A stretch of 64,000 nucleotides of DNA from Cyanidioschyzon merolae. Taxonomy: Eukaryota. The stretch lies in NCBI GenBank assembly GCA_000091205.1, contig AP006502.2, one strand, 5' to 3'. How positions within the stretch are numbered: position 1 is the first letter of the stretch; each line of letters opens with the position of its first letter. Of this stretch, positions 12,025-23,185 are shown in pieces. Under the pieces are notes generated by a model. It did no database searches and had not been told where the DNA came from. It saw nothing but the letters and a program-made list of their open reading frames with translations. A program made the position numbers and the translations under genes.

Positions 12025-12897
12025 GCACCGACCGACCGACCGCCCTCGCGGTCCGCTTCCCCAGTGCAGCGCTTTTGCCAGCAGCAGTGCATTGGTTTCC
12101 CCTGATAGTGAGATTCACGACGTACTACCGTTTAAACAGAAAGGAAAGGCGTTTTCTTCTCACGACAATGCGTTACTAGAAACCGCATGCTCAGACGAGC
12201 GGTGAACGTCGGCGCCCCGTAACCTACTCGGTACGAACCGCATCCCGAGGTAATCCAGGGTCATTCGCCTCTTGTCTACAGACAGGCCAGGAGGTCGCAG
12301 CGCGACTCGGGCACGGCGCGGCGGCATAGACGGGTGGTTTCGAAACGCCGCCCGGTCTCGAGCACGCTCACGCCCATGCACCGCGTTCAGGGAGCGCGTT
12401 GCTCAAAGACCGGCACCTGATGCCCCTGGTACAGCTATAGGCGCCGCTGTTCAGTGGCTGATACAATCCAGTCAAAGTCGGCGTGGCGAAATCGGCACTG
12501 TTTCGCATAGCGAGCTGGATCCGAGCACTAGCGGCACCAGCTCCTGCAGTCTGCCGCGCAGCGTGAACGTCGCGCGCGCGACAACAGGCAGGTGCTGCTG
12601 GAGGAGATGCGGCGGGATTCCCCCCGGGGTTGCGTGTCGCTGGACACAGAGCAGCGGGCGGCGCGCTTGTCTCCGTACGCAGCGTCATCGTCTGGGGCGA
12701 GCGGGGCACCAGGCGGGTATTTCGCCAACGTATGCGGTTCCGTTCGCTGCACCAGATATGCATACAAGTCATTGCGGCCTGATGCACGCCACAAAAACGC
12801 GACCCAGCAGTCAGCACTTGCCGCCACAGCTGCTTCGGTGTACGCCACCGCGCCCCTGTCGACCAGAGACGCACCCCCACGTGCCTACGCAAGTCGT

Positions 12898-15600
12898 TCA
12901 CGACGTCGACCGCCGCATGGCACCCAGCTTGACTGCTCGCCGTCGCCGTGCGTCCGCGCTGTTCAACACCAGCGCCCAGTCGTTCGCGTCCGGTACCGAC
13001 GCCAGCGGCTCCGTTGCAGGTCCCTGCGGCTGCTGCACTGCTGCGCCTCCAGCAGCAGCAGCAGCAGCAGGCGCGCCCGCATTCGAGCGCGTACGCATCG
13101 CCGCTGGCGCATCGCGGCAACGTGCCGCTTCCGCAGTGCGCATGCATTCCTCCGCCAGCGCCGCCTCCCAGAGCGATGCCGAAGGCGCACGTGTGGATCT
13201 GGACAAACTGGACATCGATGCGTGCACCGCTGTACTGGACAGCGCCGCAGGTCGATGCGTGTCCGCACTGGGCGATGCGATCGGTGCGGCAAACTGCTCC
13301 GCTGAGAGGCGCGCTGCATTTGGAGGCGCCTCGGGCCGCGTCCCTCGATCGCGTGCGCTCATCGGTGTCGCGGAGCTGGCTTGCGTCTCACGCGTGATCG
13401 ACAGTAGCGCGTTGTCTTCGGCATTGAGCGCGCTGGGTTTCAAAGCAGCACCTGCAACAGCGGAGCGTCTGTCCGCTTCGGCGTGATTCGCTTGGCTCGC
13501 CCGGTTCAGCGATGTGCCCGCAGCGTGTTCTTGCTTCGTAGCATCGAATACGTCGACCAGCGAGGCTGCGAGCGATGCGAAATGCCACGATCCTGCGCGG
13601 TCGCTTTTCGATGCGGCGGCTCTGGCCCCGAGCGCGCTCGCCGTGCTCGTGCCAGGCTGAATCTCGGCGACGCGCTCGCGATCCTCTCGTTCTTTCTCCT
13701 GCTCATGCATGGTGCGTAAACGCCGCAGGTAGGCGTCTGTGACGCGAAACGCCTGTTCGCGCACATCAGCGACTTTATCGCCGAGTCCTTGACAGAGCGC
13801 CGGCAGAATTCGACTCACCATATCATCCCGAGCGTAGAGGTCAGCGGTCGCCTCTAGGGCTGCGATGCCCGCAGCGCGCGCGGGCGGGAATGAGTCGCGC
13901 ATCGCTCGCGTGAACGCCGCAACAAGCACCTTCTTCTGCGTCGTCGCACTCAAAAGGGTCGCGATCTTGCCCAAACAAATCGTAGTATTCGTTCGTATTG
14001 CCGGTTCCGGATCCAGCTGTAACTTGGCGAAATGGTTCATCAGGACGTGATTGCGATTCCGTTCGCTCAAACGCGGAGCTATCCGGGCGATCGTCTTGAG
14101 TACCATGTCCCGCAAAGCCAGCGGTACGACCTGCTCCATCGCGCTGGGTGACCCCGCTCTTGGATCCGACGTGCTCTGCGATGTTGTCGACGCTGTCCCT
14201 GTTTGGATCGTGATTTGGCGCGGCAAGTTGGCCACCATCGCCGGAAACAAAATCTCATTCAACTGACTCGTATCTGCACGCTCGACCAGCCAGTCCAGTG
14301 CCTGGGCAACTTCATTCCGGACGTCGATCGGACTGGCGCGTAGCCAGCGTGCAACCGCTTCCATGAATGCACGTGTTTCCGGTCCTTGTCGGTTCTCGAA
14401 ACGACGATGAATGCGTAACACCACGCGTATGGCAGCTGGATCCGCAACGCCCAAGTCAATGGCCTGCTGCAGCAGTGGTGCTGCCTTGTAGACACAAAAC
14501 GATGGCGGCAGTTTGTCTAGTGACTCTAGTAAAGACTCCATGGTGCTGCGTTTTTCCCAGTGCTCGCTCAGCTGCAGACGGTCGAGCGCTAGATTGAGAC
14601 GCACGAACGGCATCTGCAAAATGTGCTCTTGTGTGAGAAACGACTGGAGCGCTGCGCGTTTCGCGCTATCAGCCGCTAAAAATAGCGAATAAACGGAACG
14701 CAGCTTCTCTGGAATGACCTGGATACGACGCAAATCGTCTACTGTTTGGTATTGGCCGCCCGAGAAAAGCTCATACATGAGACATCCAAAAGCCCATGCG
14801 TCCAACGCGTGCGTCGGTATCGCGGTAGCAGGCGGGACGGGCGTATGAAGTTCTGGAGGCCAGTAGTTGGCGAACTGAAAGTGCCGCGCCTCGCTCAGGC
14901 GTTGCCACTGCGCCGACTCGGTGAGAACTTCCAGGCCGCCGAGTTTCCAGTCGCCTCCCGCTGTCACGAAAACCGTAGCCGGCGATAGCCGACCGTGAAC
15001 GGACTTCATTTCTGTATGAATGAAGTGCAGAGCTCTCGCTATACAAAATAAACCCCATACAATCGTCTCCGCGGTCAGCGAAATTGGATCAGAACGCAAC
15101 ACAAACTGCAACGGAACAACTGCTTCTGTCACCAGTTGCAGAGACTCGCTCTGAGCTGCGCCAGCTGATAGTTCCGACGAGTCAACAAACCGCAAAATAT
15201 CCGGATGTCTCACTGTTCGAAGCCGCTGTACGCCTGCCCTCGCGAGATGCTCGCAGACGTCCGCCCGGCTTCCGTGGTGTCGTCGCCGCTCGAAACGAAA
15301 CAGCGTTACCGGGGGAGCGTTCTCGTCGCGAGTCGAAACAGCATCGTGAACAGTCCAGACTTGCGCCGGATCATCAAGAGGAATGGTGCGTGTCACGCGA
15401 TAGGGCAAGTCTCGGGACTCCTTTCCGATAAGCTTGAGCAGCGTCTGCATAGACGCAGCGCCAGGCGTTGCAGTAGTAACGGTATCGGTGAAGCGGGCGA
15501 TCGACACGTTCCAGGGCGCTGCGGGGGCGACTGCCGCGTGGCGCGCGCCCTGCCCGCATCGTACTTCCGCCTCCAGTGTTTTCTTCTTCATGGACAACAC
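12898..15600 (-). CDS. SCY1-like (SCYL1/NTKL-type) pseudokinase with HEAT repeats and a low-complexity Ala/Ser-rich C-terminus. Both start and stop are uncertain because the 3' end lies in a GC-rich region that is open in several frames.
   Basis: N-terminal kinase-like domain (VTEAVVPLQ, WGLFCIARALHFIH, DWKLGGLEV), HEAT region and the RTNTTICLGKIA motif match SCYL1. Confidence 0.7.
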   Translation of the reverse strand: MLSMKKKTLEAEVRCGQGARHAAVAPAAPWNVSIARFTDTVTTATPGAASMQTLLKLIGKESRDLPYRVTRTIPLDDPAQVWTVHDAVSTRDENAPPVTLFRFERRRHHGSRADVCEHLARAGVQRLRTVRHPDILRFVDSSELSAGAAQSESLQLVTEAVVPLQFVLRSDPISLTAETIVWGLFCIARALHFIHTEMKSVHGRLSPATVFVTAGGDWKLGGLEVLTESAQWQRLSEARHFQFANYWPPELHTPVPPATAIPTHALDAWAFGCLMYELFSGGQYQTVDDLRRIQVIPEKLRSVYSLFLAADSAKRAALQSFLTQEHILQMPFVRLNLALDRLQLSEHWEKRSTMESLLESLDKLPPSFCVYKAAPLLQQAIDLGVADPAAIRVVLRIHRRFENRQGPETRAFMEAVARWLRASPIDVRNEVAQALDWLVERADTSQLNEILFPAMVANLPRQITIQTGTASTTSQSTSDPRAGSPSAMEQVVPLALRDMVLKTIARIAPRLSERNRNHVLMNHFAKLQLDPEPAIRTNTTICLGKIATLLSATTQKKVLVAAFTRAMRDSFPPARAAGIAALEATADLYARDDMVSRILPALCQGLGDKVADVREQAFRVTDAYLRRLRTMHEQEKEREDRERVAEIQPGTSTASALGARAAASKSDRAGSWHFASLAASLVDVFDATKQEHAAGTSLNRASQANHAEADRRSAVAGAALKPSALNAEDNALLSITRETQASSATPMSARDRGTRPEAPPNAARLSAEQFAAPIASPSADTHRPAALSSTAVHASMSSLSRSTRAPSASLWEAALAEECMRTAEAARCRDAPAAMRTRSNAGAPAAAAAAGGAAVQQPQGPATEPLASVPDANDWALVLNSADARRRRAVKLGAMRRSTS

Positions 15601-17292
15601 GTTTCCTTAGGCCAGCGTTCTCCGATTATGCGCTTTTTTCTTTTCTTTCTTTTTTTTCAGTGCGCGGTGAGGTATCCATCAAACGCCCTACTTCCATGTT
15701 ACTTGACCTATACTTCGTCTCGGATATTCTGGTCGTTTCACACGTCCTATTGTGTGTGCCAAGTGCCTGCCGAAAGCGACCGCAATAGCGCCTATAGCGT
15801 CGGTGCGGTCGCTGCACGGAGACAGAGCGGCGTTGCCGTACCACACACAGGGGGCGTCAGCTCGTGTTTCCGCCTCCGATGCGCACACGTTGCACAGCGT
15901 GCATGCGTGCGTGCCTCTTTATCCGTAGAGCGTTCGCTGGCAAGTGCTTCGTAGCATCCATGTGTACCATGGAAGACTAGGGTCGAGCAACTCGCTCCGT
16001 TCGAGCGGGTAGGTAGAATCCAGAATTCATACGGTAGCTCAAATTTTTACATAAACTAGCGGGTGCGACGGCGGAGCTCGCAACTACATCCCGGCTGCGT
16101 CCCCGTCAACTGCCATCACGGATCGAGACACAGCCAACGCTCGGATATTGGATCCATGTATGCATCATGTTTACAGCGTTGGAAAAGTGTCGTCTATGCA
16201 TAGATCATGCCGAGTTGGGGTCTAAGTTACCCAAGCAACGGTCCATGTGCTGCAGGAGGCGCATGCTGCGGTGTGTCGCACAGCGCATCCAACTGAGTTT
16301 GCAGCACGTTTGAAAAGAGCTTCTGAGGGACTGATTTCGTTTCGAACGTGGCTGAGAGTCGTATGCACCTCACGGGTAGTGCTTTCGTTTACAAAAGAGG
16401 CTCAGAAGCAGCTGCACACTTTCCGAATGAACGCGCTCGCAGCGAAGGCGTCAATGCTCTGGATCCATGTGTGCGCGCACGCCCGCTCAACAAAAACGAG
16501 CGTGCCGATACGCATTGCGATTATAGGGAATCCCGGGTTCGCGTCAGTGATCCTGCACACCCCAGCGAAAACGCCATGATACAATGCGATACCGAGAGAG
16601 TACGGCGCTCACTCGATACCGGATCCAGCCGAGAACTGGCGCTGCGTAGGCGAGACGGTTCGAGAAGTGCAGTCAGGCACCAGCGATGACACGCTCCATC
16701 GAGAATAGGTACTGTTTTCTAGGTTGATCGCAGATATCCACGTCTCGATAGCCGATGCACAATACATTCGATGCTTGACGCGCACTTGAATGCCCAAAGA
16801 GGCGTTGATACGTCGCTGGTGAGCATGCGCAGCGGCGATGCCGAGGGTGAAGGTCATCGGGCTCAATGTCACGGGGAGCTCGCGACCAGCGCCATGGATA
16901 CTGCCCGCGATTTCGAGTCCATACGCGGTAGCACCTATTCGTTTCAGATGTATCGTTCCGGAGCGTCACCGGCATCTGCTCATCGTCAGAACCCGACACC
17001 CCCAGGCAGCGGGAGGTCCTCATTGCGCAGTCCAGGCCAGGTTCCCGAGGCCTCACCCGCCCCCCGGATTTGTGCATCGTCTATGGCGGGACCTTCCATG
17101 GGGCACGCATACGCTGCATACCAGTACCGTATGCACGATTTTCGACATCACCATGTAAGGCCCCTTCGCAGGTGCTGCTGGCGTCGCTACGCGCATGCAG
17201 CAGCAACATCGGCGACGAACAGGTATCGCATGTGTTGCCGGCAGACGCTCTGGTCAGCGTCGGCAAAACTCGCAGTGTCCCATGAACCAAGT

Positions 17293-18012
17293 CTACGGAT
17301 CCGGTGATTCTCGCGTTGCCGCAGTTGCCTCGGGCCGGCACCAGGCCAGGAGCATATCAAGTGCTGGACTCGACATGTCCATTTCCAACCAGAGCAAGCG
17401 AATCGGGCCATCTGGGCCTTCGTTATCACGGTTCTCGTCAGCATGCTGGTTCTCGCGGTTTATTCCCGAACCGCCCGTCCATAAATCGTCTTCCAGTATC
17501 TTGAATGAATCTGATTCATTACGTAGCTTCTGAACGGCTTCCCAGCTACACGGCCGATGCGTCTCCGAAGGGCCCAACTGGCGCCCCCGGTACTCAATTC
17601 GACGTCTCCATTCCACCTCGTCTGTGAGTTGGCAGTTCACAATGCGAAGTTCCACTCGTCTGACTCGAGAAGCGTTCGCAACTTTCCCTTCGACAAGTGA
17701 AGGTCGCAAGCGCTCCCTTATCGCCGTCATCAGGGCGACTAAATCCGCACGAAACCGAAACGGAGCGTCTACGAGTATGTAGGGCACACCCAATTGCACC
17801 TGTTCCGCAACGAGCCTCCACAGTAACTGTTTCGAGAGATCGTTGCAGCGCTCCTCGGGGAGCACGTTCGCGCCGTACAGCACATCTTTCAAGTCGTCCT
17901 TGTCAAAGCGCGGCGCTCTGAGACGCTCTGCTATCGCACGCGACAGTGTCGTCTTCCCGACACCGGGAAACCCTTTGAACACCAGGACACGCACCGGAGA
18001 CGCACCCGCCAT
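17293..18012 (-). CDS. P-loop NTPase / small kinase-like protein (AAA_33-like).
   Basis: 239-aa ORF starting VLVFKGFPGVGKTTLSRAIAERL (Walker A) followed by a DxxK/Walker-B-like stretch. No more specific family recognised. Confidence 0.5.
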   Translation of the reverse strand: MAGASPVRVLVFKGFPGVGKTTLSRAIAERLRAPRFDKDDLKDVLYGANVLPEERCNDLSKQLLWRLVAEQVQLGVPYILVDAPFRFRADLVALMTAIRERLRPSLVEGKVANASRVRRVELRIVNCQLTDEVEWRRRIEYRGRQLGPSETHRPCSWEAVQKLRNESDSFKILEDDLWTGGSGINRENQHADENRDNEGPDGPIRLLWLEMDMSSPALDMLLAWCRPEATAATRESPDP

Positions 18013-18242
18013 GCGCTGACGTCGTACCCGTTACGCACAGCAGGCCAAGCGCTTCCTGGAGCGCTTGTCCCGTCGACTTTGACCCCGGAACCGCCACGGG
18101 ACACCACAGCGAGTCCACTGGGGCCCGCCCAACCAGAGACACGAGGCGAAGCGACGCTGCTGCAACGCAGTCGAAAGCGCCTTTTCCGTTTTCGTCTGTT
18201 TTTGGTGTCGAAGGCGGCGACAATTGGAGCGGCGCGTGTTGC

Positions 18243-19127
18243 ATGTACGGCGAGACCGCAGCACCTACGTTCACGAGTCTTCAGGCTGGCGTATTCTCAC
18301 AAAAACAGAAGCGATCCATATTATTGGACAATAAGCTCATACATCAAGCGATGAAACTGATGCGCTGGTTCCGCTCGGCGGATTTGCGGTACGAGATAGG
18401 TGAGCGACTTGTTACGAGGCACCCGTCAACCCAGCGTGTCCCGGTGGCGCTGTCGCACGCAGACAGGCGAAGAGCCCCCAGTCTCTGCGCGCTAACCAGC
18501 GCGAGCACGTCTGCATCTAGCGTCCACAGCAGCTTGCTGCGATACGTGCAGCGTGACCTGGAGGGACGACCTCTTGGGCGCGTTTTATCGAACACGGGAG
18601 CGATCAGAGGCTTTTCGGCAACAAGCGCAGGTGACGCAACGCTGGAGACTGCACCGCTGGACGAGCTGCGGCGGGGACTGGGCGCTCCGGATCTACAGCT
18701 CGAAGACTCGCTGGATACCGGTGACGGGAGACCTGCAAAGCGCGACGCGAGTTTCACGGTGCGCCTCTTGCAGTACCTGGTGCAGCGCTACCGAGGCCGT
18801 GTTCATCCAAACCCGCTTGCAGTGGCGCAAAGCGCTACAGTTAGGGACCTGCTCTACCTCTTTGCGAAACTTGATCGGGATCTGGCGGTTCGCGAAGGTA
18901 GGGACACCGCCGCATGGCGAGCCTGGCGCTTACAGCGTTTCTTCGGCGTCTCCAGCATGGACGAGATACCACCGAACGTAACGATTGACGCTCGACTCTT
19001 GCCGGATGCACCTTCACCGGGTTCCGTTCCGTATAACCGAAGAAAAATCCGTGAGCGTTTACGTCGCGTGCTGGAGTCTGCGCGTGCATCGACGTCGCCT
19101 CAGAATGAGCACGAACCTGGGGCATGA
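18243..19127 (+). CDS. Hypothetical protein, divergently arranged with the P-loop gene (about 230-bp shared upstream region).
   Basis: 294-aa ORF with non-repetitive composition in a gene-sized gap. No recognisable domain. Confidence 0.35.
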   Translation: MYGETAAPTFTSLQAGVFSQKQKRSILLDNKLIHQAMKLMRWFRSADLRYEIGERLVTRHPSTQRVPVALSHADRRRAPSLCALTSASTSASSVHSSLLRYVQRDLEGRPLGRVLSNTGAIRGFSATSAGDATLETAPLDELRRGLGAPDLQLEDSLDTGDGRPAKRDASFTVRLLQYLVQRYRGRVHPNPLAVAQSATVRDLLYLFAKLDRDLAVREGRDTAAWRAWRLQRFFGVSSMDEIPPNVTIDARLLPDAPSPGSVPYNRRKIRERLRRVLESARASTSPQNEHEPGA

Positions 19128-19766
19128 ACGCGTAGCGGTGCGTGCTGTGGGAGACGGGCGCCCAATAAAGCGGCTATTCGAAGTGTGAAAGTGTGCGCTA
19201 GTCGTTGCGCCTGTGCAGCTTGTACCATGAGCATGGGCGTGTCGAGGTTCTGCCACTTTGGCCCCGTGGACTGTTCCCTCAAAAGTGGCTGGGTTGCATG
19301 GTGAAGCGTACTGATCGTAGCTGCGCGAGTGAGCTCTGTTGCAAGCGCGCAAAACGAATGCTCTGCTCTGGTGAGTAACTTGAAGCGGCATCTGCGCAGG
19401 AGGCGCAGGCGCTTATGGCAAAATGCTGATTACTTGCATGTTTGACCGCGAAAATCGCAGTCGATAGACATTGCTGCTGACAGCAGCGATAGAGAGCACG
19501 TCCATTCTACCTAGATGCGATTATTCACATTGCAGATCACTCGGACGACATCTGTCACCATGGAATGTGAGTCAGATCGCTTCCGTTCTGCCTAGTTGTG
19601 GTCAATCACTCTGCAGATCACTTGGACGACATCTCTTGTCATGGCAGGCCAATCGCATGATTCATGGACTCGAATGCCGGGCAACGAGGCAATCGCAACT
19701 GCATCGGAACATTGCCCAGCAGCTGGGTGGCGGCGCGCACCAGACTCCTGTCGCTGCAAATACATT

Positions 19767-21551
19767 TTACGAAGCGTCGAGGTGTACCAAGAGTCCATGG
19801 ATGTTATGCGTATCGCTTTTTGAACCGGACTCTTTTGTCTGGGGCGCTGCTGTAGACTGCACGTTTCCGAAAAGGAGCAGTTCAGGGGCCGGCATACCGT
19901 CACATGATGATTCCGGTGACGCGACTTGATTGGGAGGAGGCATCACGAGCGGTGCCCCTTCTCGCTTAGCTCCCGCTGCTGCATGTGGCCTATTCGACGG
20001 AACACGACTCGTGCAAGGATCCACAGGCTCCATGTGTACATGTGCTTGCGCAGTAGATAACACGCTGCGCTCATCAGCTTTCACTGCCTGTCGAGAGACT
20101 TGCGCGGCACATGGCGATCCGGATGAGCGCAGCTTAGAAGCATCTGGCGACGATTCCTCACGTGGATCCAGATGCGCTGCTGCTCGAGGAGGACTCAGCT
20201 GCTGTGCTGGCCACCAAACATGCCAAGGTTCAGAATCATGAGGCGAGGAAACCAGAGGTGCGTGATCCGGGGATGTCACATCGTTTCTCGTCCTCGAGGA
20301 GCGCATGCCTTGTGACGCAGCGAGCGGCTGGCGCACGTAAGCGGTTTGGTTCCGCAGTGCATAGATCGCTACCTGAACAGTATCCATCATTTCTCGCAGG
20401 CGATGCTCGATGGTCGTTCGATAGCTTTCGGGGCACCGGACGAGGTCGTTCAAGCCTTCCTGTAAATCAACCTGTAATATTTGCAACGCTTGCTCAAGGT
20501 GATTCACATTCTGGCGCAAACTGTTACATTCTTGAAAGAGTCGATGATACGCCATCTCGGTGGCGCAGCGTTCTGCACGTTCGCTTGCAGCGTAGGCCTC
20601 TTGGGCTTGGGCTCGTTCTTTCTCCTTTTCGAGTGCTTCTCTCAAGCGCAAAATCTCCCAATGTGGATGCGACGGCTCAAAGGGCCTCCTCAGAATATGC
20701 CGAGGGCTCTCTTCGATGAGGGAGCGAAAGTCGCCGGGTGAACCCTGTTCCTCGAGCGTGCGCGCTCGGGACCATCGGGACTTGTCAGCGACCACCACGG
20801 CTTCTTTGGTCGTTCCTTGCCCGGGTGCGCGGACTGGACGGCGTCGACTCTGCTGATTGCGGGCCGAGGCTTTCCGAGACTTGGTTCCAGGGCGGCTCGG
20901 TGTTGCAAAACAGGCTGTGCCTCCTGGGGTTGCGGGTTTTCCCGCCGGCGCGAGTTCCGAAGGTTGGTTCTGCAGCTCTCGAAGCACTGCACGCCCGGTT
21001 CGTGACGTATGACGCTTTCCGTGATTCCTCGCGTTTGACGACGACTCGATTTCGGTACGGGTATTGGACAGGGTGCACTGGTTCCCGGGTGCTCTAGTGC
21101 CGCGCGTTTCCTTCAAGTTCTTATGTTCGCGCTCCCTGCGCTCCGGAGTCAAGAGCGAGAACTCCAGCTGCCGTTGAACGATTCTATCCTCAGAATCGAG
21201 GTGTTTTTCCGGTACGCATTCATCATTCGTCATATTAGCGAGTCGTCGTAGTACAGCAGAGTCCTCTGGAGTGAGCATGATGCGCCAAGCGTTCGTTTCG
21301 GACAAGTCGCTGGGCGAGAGCGCCAAACCTGCAGGCGATTTGAAATAGGACGCAGGTTCTGAGCCCCGGGGTGCGCGCGACCGCATTGGAATCCTATACA
21401 CGATAGATAAAAATGTTCCATGATGGACACTGATGCGTTCGCGCATGGCGCCGGCGCCCGCACACCACAGCGGCGGGGGCGGCATCTCCGGGCGGCCACC
21501 GGATCGATGTTTCCTGTCTTCGGGACTGGAACCCGCATCTGAGCCGGTCAA
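19767..21551 (-). CDS. Hypothetical coiled-coil / low-complexity protein.
   Basis: 594-aa ORF. The central region (LRLREALEKEKERAQAQEAY...LEQALQILQVDLQEGLNDL) has heptad-like composition. No domain recognised. Confidence 0.4.
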   Translation of the reverse strand: MTGSDAGSSPEDRKHRSGGRPEMPPPPLWCAGAGAMRERISVHHGTFLSIVYRIPMRSRAPRGSEPASYFKSPAGLALSPSDLSETNAWRIMLTPEDSAVLRRLANMTNDECVPEKHLDSEDRIVQRQLEFSLLTPERREREHKNLKETRGTRAPGNQCTLSNTRTEIESSSNARNHGKRHTSRTGRAVLRELQNQPSELAPAGKPATPGGTACFATPSRPGTKSRKASARNQQSRRRPVRAPGQGTTKEAVVVADKSRWSRARTLEEQGSPGDFRSLIEESPRHILRRPFEPSHPHWEILRLREALEKEKERAQAQEAYAASERAERCATEMAYHRLFQECNSLRQNVNHLEQALQILQVDLQEGLNDLVRCPESYRTTIEHRLREMMDTVQVAIYALRNQTAYVRQPLAASQGMRSSRTRNDVTSPDHAPLVSSPHDSEPWHVWWPAQQLSPPRAAAHLDPREESSPDASKLRSSGSPCAAQVSRQAVKADERSVLSTAQAHVHMEPVDPCTSRVPSNRPHAAAGAKREGAPLVMPPPNQVASPESSCDGMPAPELLLFGNVQSTAAPQTKESGSKSDTHNIHGLLVHLDAS

Positions 21552-21877
21552 TTGCAGAGGCTTGCGGGGTCCAGCGGGAGCCTCTTTCGCGTTTGCAGAA
21601 GGCGCTTATGCCTCGCGCAAGTTCCGATTCTATTCGTGGACATTGCACTATACACAACGCTGCGCATCGAACAGACGAATGGCGGCTGTGTGCACGTAGC
21701 GTGCTGGCGCCGCGCATGGCTCGTACCCGAGGCCACCGGCGGTGGCTGTCGCACCGTCGCTGGCGCCGACTCGAGACTACCGGTCGGTAGTGTGAGGTGG
21801 CGACCCGAGTCGTCGCTGCGCCATCGCACCGGCCCTGCACACACTGACCACGATTGCACCGCGATGCGCATGGCCAA

Positions 21878-22885
21878 CTAGTCTGCCGCGTCCGCAATAC
21901 CACCGGCATTTATTTCGAAAGTAGCCTCGCCTTCGGGTAGGCAAGGACTATCCACCAGCTTTGCGATGCGCTGCTCGCCGCGTCCTTTCCGGAGTGCCAG
22001 TCTCGTGGTCGATGCATGTGCCATGATGTGACCGCCGATCGGCTTCAATGGATTTGAGGAGAACATAGCCGCCGCGCCATCCGGGCACGCCTGTACCTGA
22101 TTCGTAACCAGGGCACAGACGTTGAACTCCTCGGCGAGCTTGCCAAGCGTACTCATAAACTGATTTAAATGTTGCTGGCGTGCACTGAGTTCCCCACGTC
22201 CGCTATAGTCCACGCGATAGAGCGCCGTCGCCGAGTCTACAATCACCAAGGCGAAGCGCGACTCGCACATGAGAGCCGCTGCCTCGCGCAGCAGCTCCAG
22301 CTGCTGATCAGTGGTGTAGGCGCGCGCGTGCGCAATATTCTCGAGCACGTCATCGGCATCGATGCTGAAGCGCGTTGCGATCGCGCGGATGCGCTCCGGG
22401 CGGAAATTGCCCTCGGTATCGATGTAGACGACTCTGCCGGCATGCGACTCGTCCGCTGCTTGAGCGGTCACAGCCAGCGTGTGGCAAAGCTGGGTCTTAC
22501 CACAGCGATATTCTCCATAGACTTCGGTAATCGAAGCAGACTCGAGTCCACCTCCGAGTAGCGTATCGAGTGCATCGCTGCCCGTTCGGAGATGAAAAAC
22601 ACGCTGACGCACCGCCAGACACTCTGTACCGCTGCGGTAGCTGACGTCACCGGCGGCTGTCCTGGCCGCCGCCATGATCTTGTCCACCTTGGCCTCTGAG
22701 AGGCCCTTGATGTCAAGGAGCAAGCGCCGCGGACGCTGCAAAACGCCCAGACAGGTCACAATGCCAGCTTCGCGCAGTTTTTTCACATCTGTCGCGAGCA
22801 CACCTTGCTGTTCAAGTTCCTCGATCGGGTGAAATACCTCGGTCGTTTTCGAGCGGGCCCGCTCTACGACACTAGAGCGACTCAT
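21878..22885 (-). CDS. RAD51/DMC1-family RecA-like recombinase. The ORF extends to 23101 into a repeat region, but the conserved start is MSRSSVVERARSK at 22885.
   Basis: GEYRCGKTQLCHTLAVTAQ (Walker A), LVIVDSATALYRVDYSGRGELSARQQHL, IGGHIMAHASTTRLALRKGRGEQRIAKLVDSP, and N-terminal HhH region KGLSEAKVDKI. Motifs are a mixture of RAD51-like and DMC1-like. Confidence 0.9.
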   Translation of the reverse strand: MSRSSVVERARSKTTEVFHPIEELEQQGVLATDVKKLREAGIVTCLGVLQRPRRLLLDIKGLSEAKVDKIMAAARTAAGDVSYRSGTECLAVRQRVFHLRTGSDALDTLLGGGLESASITEVYGEYRCGKTQLCHTLAVTAQAADESHAGRVVYIDTEGNFRPERIRAIATRFSIDADDVLENIAHARAYTTDQQLELLREAAALMCESRFALVIVDSATALYRVDYSGRGELSARQQHLNQFMSTLGKLAEEFNVCALVTNQVQACPDGAAAMFSSNPLKPIGGHIMAHASTTRLALRKGRGEQRIAKLVDSPCLPEGEATFEINAGGIADAAD

Positions 22886-23039
22886 CCCACGATGCTGGTG
22901 TTGTCCTCGAACTGTCGCTAGACAACGCCAACAAGTTCGCCTTACGATGAATATCGCGATGCAGCGTGTCATCAAAATGATCGGATGCTCCTCCATGATG
23001 CATGTCGGGGCATGCGTGCATGATGATCGCTCAGTTGAC

Positions 23040-23185
23040 GAACACGCATGTATGTGTAGACACGTATATACATATGCACACATATATACACATGCACGCA
23101 TCTATACATATGCACGCATCTATGCAGACACGTATACATGCACGCATCTATACATATGCACGCATCTACGAAGACACGTACGTAG
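23040..23185. repeat. Imperfect tandem repeats (cgcatctatacatatgca-type units, TACA/TGCA-rich) upstream of the recombinase gene.
   Basis: Repeated cgcatctatacatatgcacgcatcta units visible directly. Spurious overlapping ORFs on both strands read HMYRCVHVYI-like peptides. Confidence 0.7.

Noticed and set aside
12272-13486. Long + strand ORF (404 aa) and several other ORFs overlapping the SCY1-like 3' end
   Set aside because: They are poly-Arg/Ala/Ser low-complexity translations of a GC-rich repeat-bearing tract that is open in most frames. There is no domain content, and they are antisense or overlapping a well-supported gene.
15205-15954. 249-aa + strand ORF overlapping the SCY1-like 5' end
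   Set aside because: It is antisense to and overlaps the kinase-like domain coding region. Composition is R/S-rich with no motifs, so it is a chance antisense ORF.
19527-19644. Roughly 37-bp imperfect direct repeat (gcagatcactYggacgacatctSt..catgg) about 80 bp apart in the convergent intergenic region
   Set aside because: It is real, but short, imperfect and present only twice. There are no target-site-duplication-like or TIR features, so it is of minor interest.
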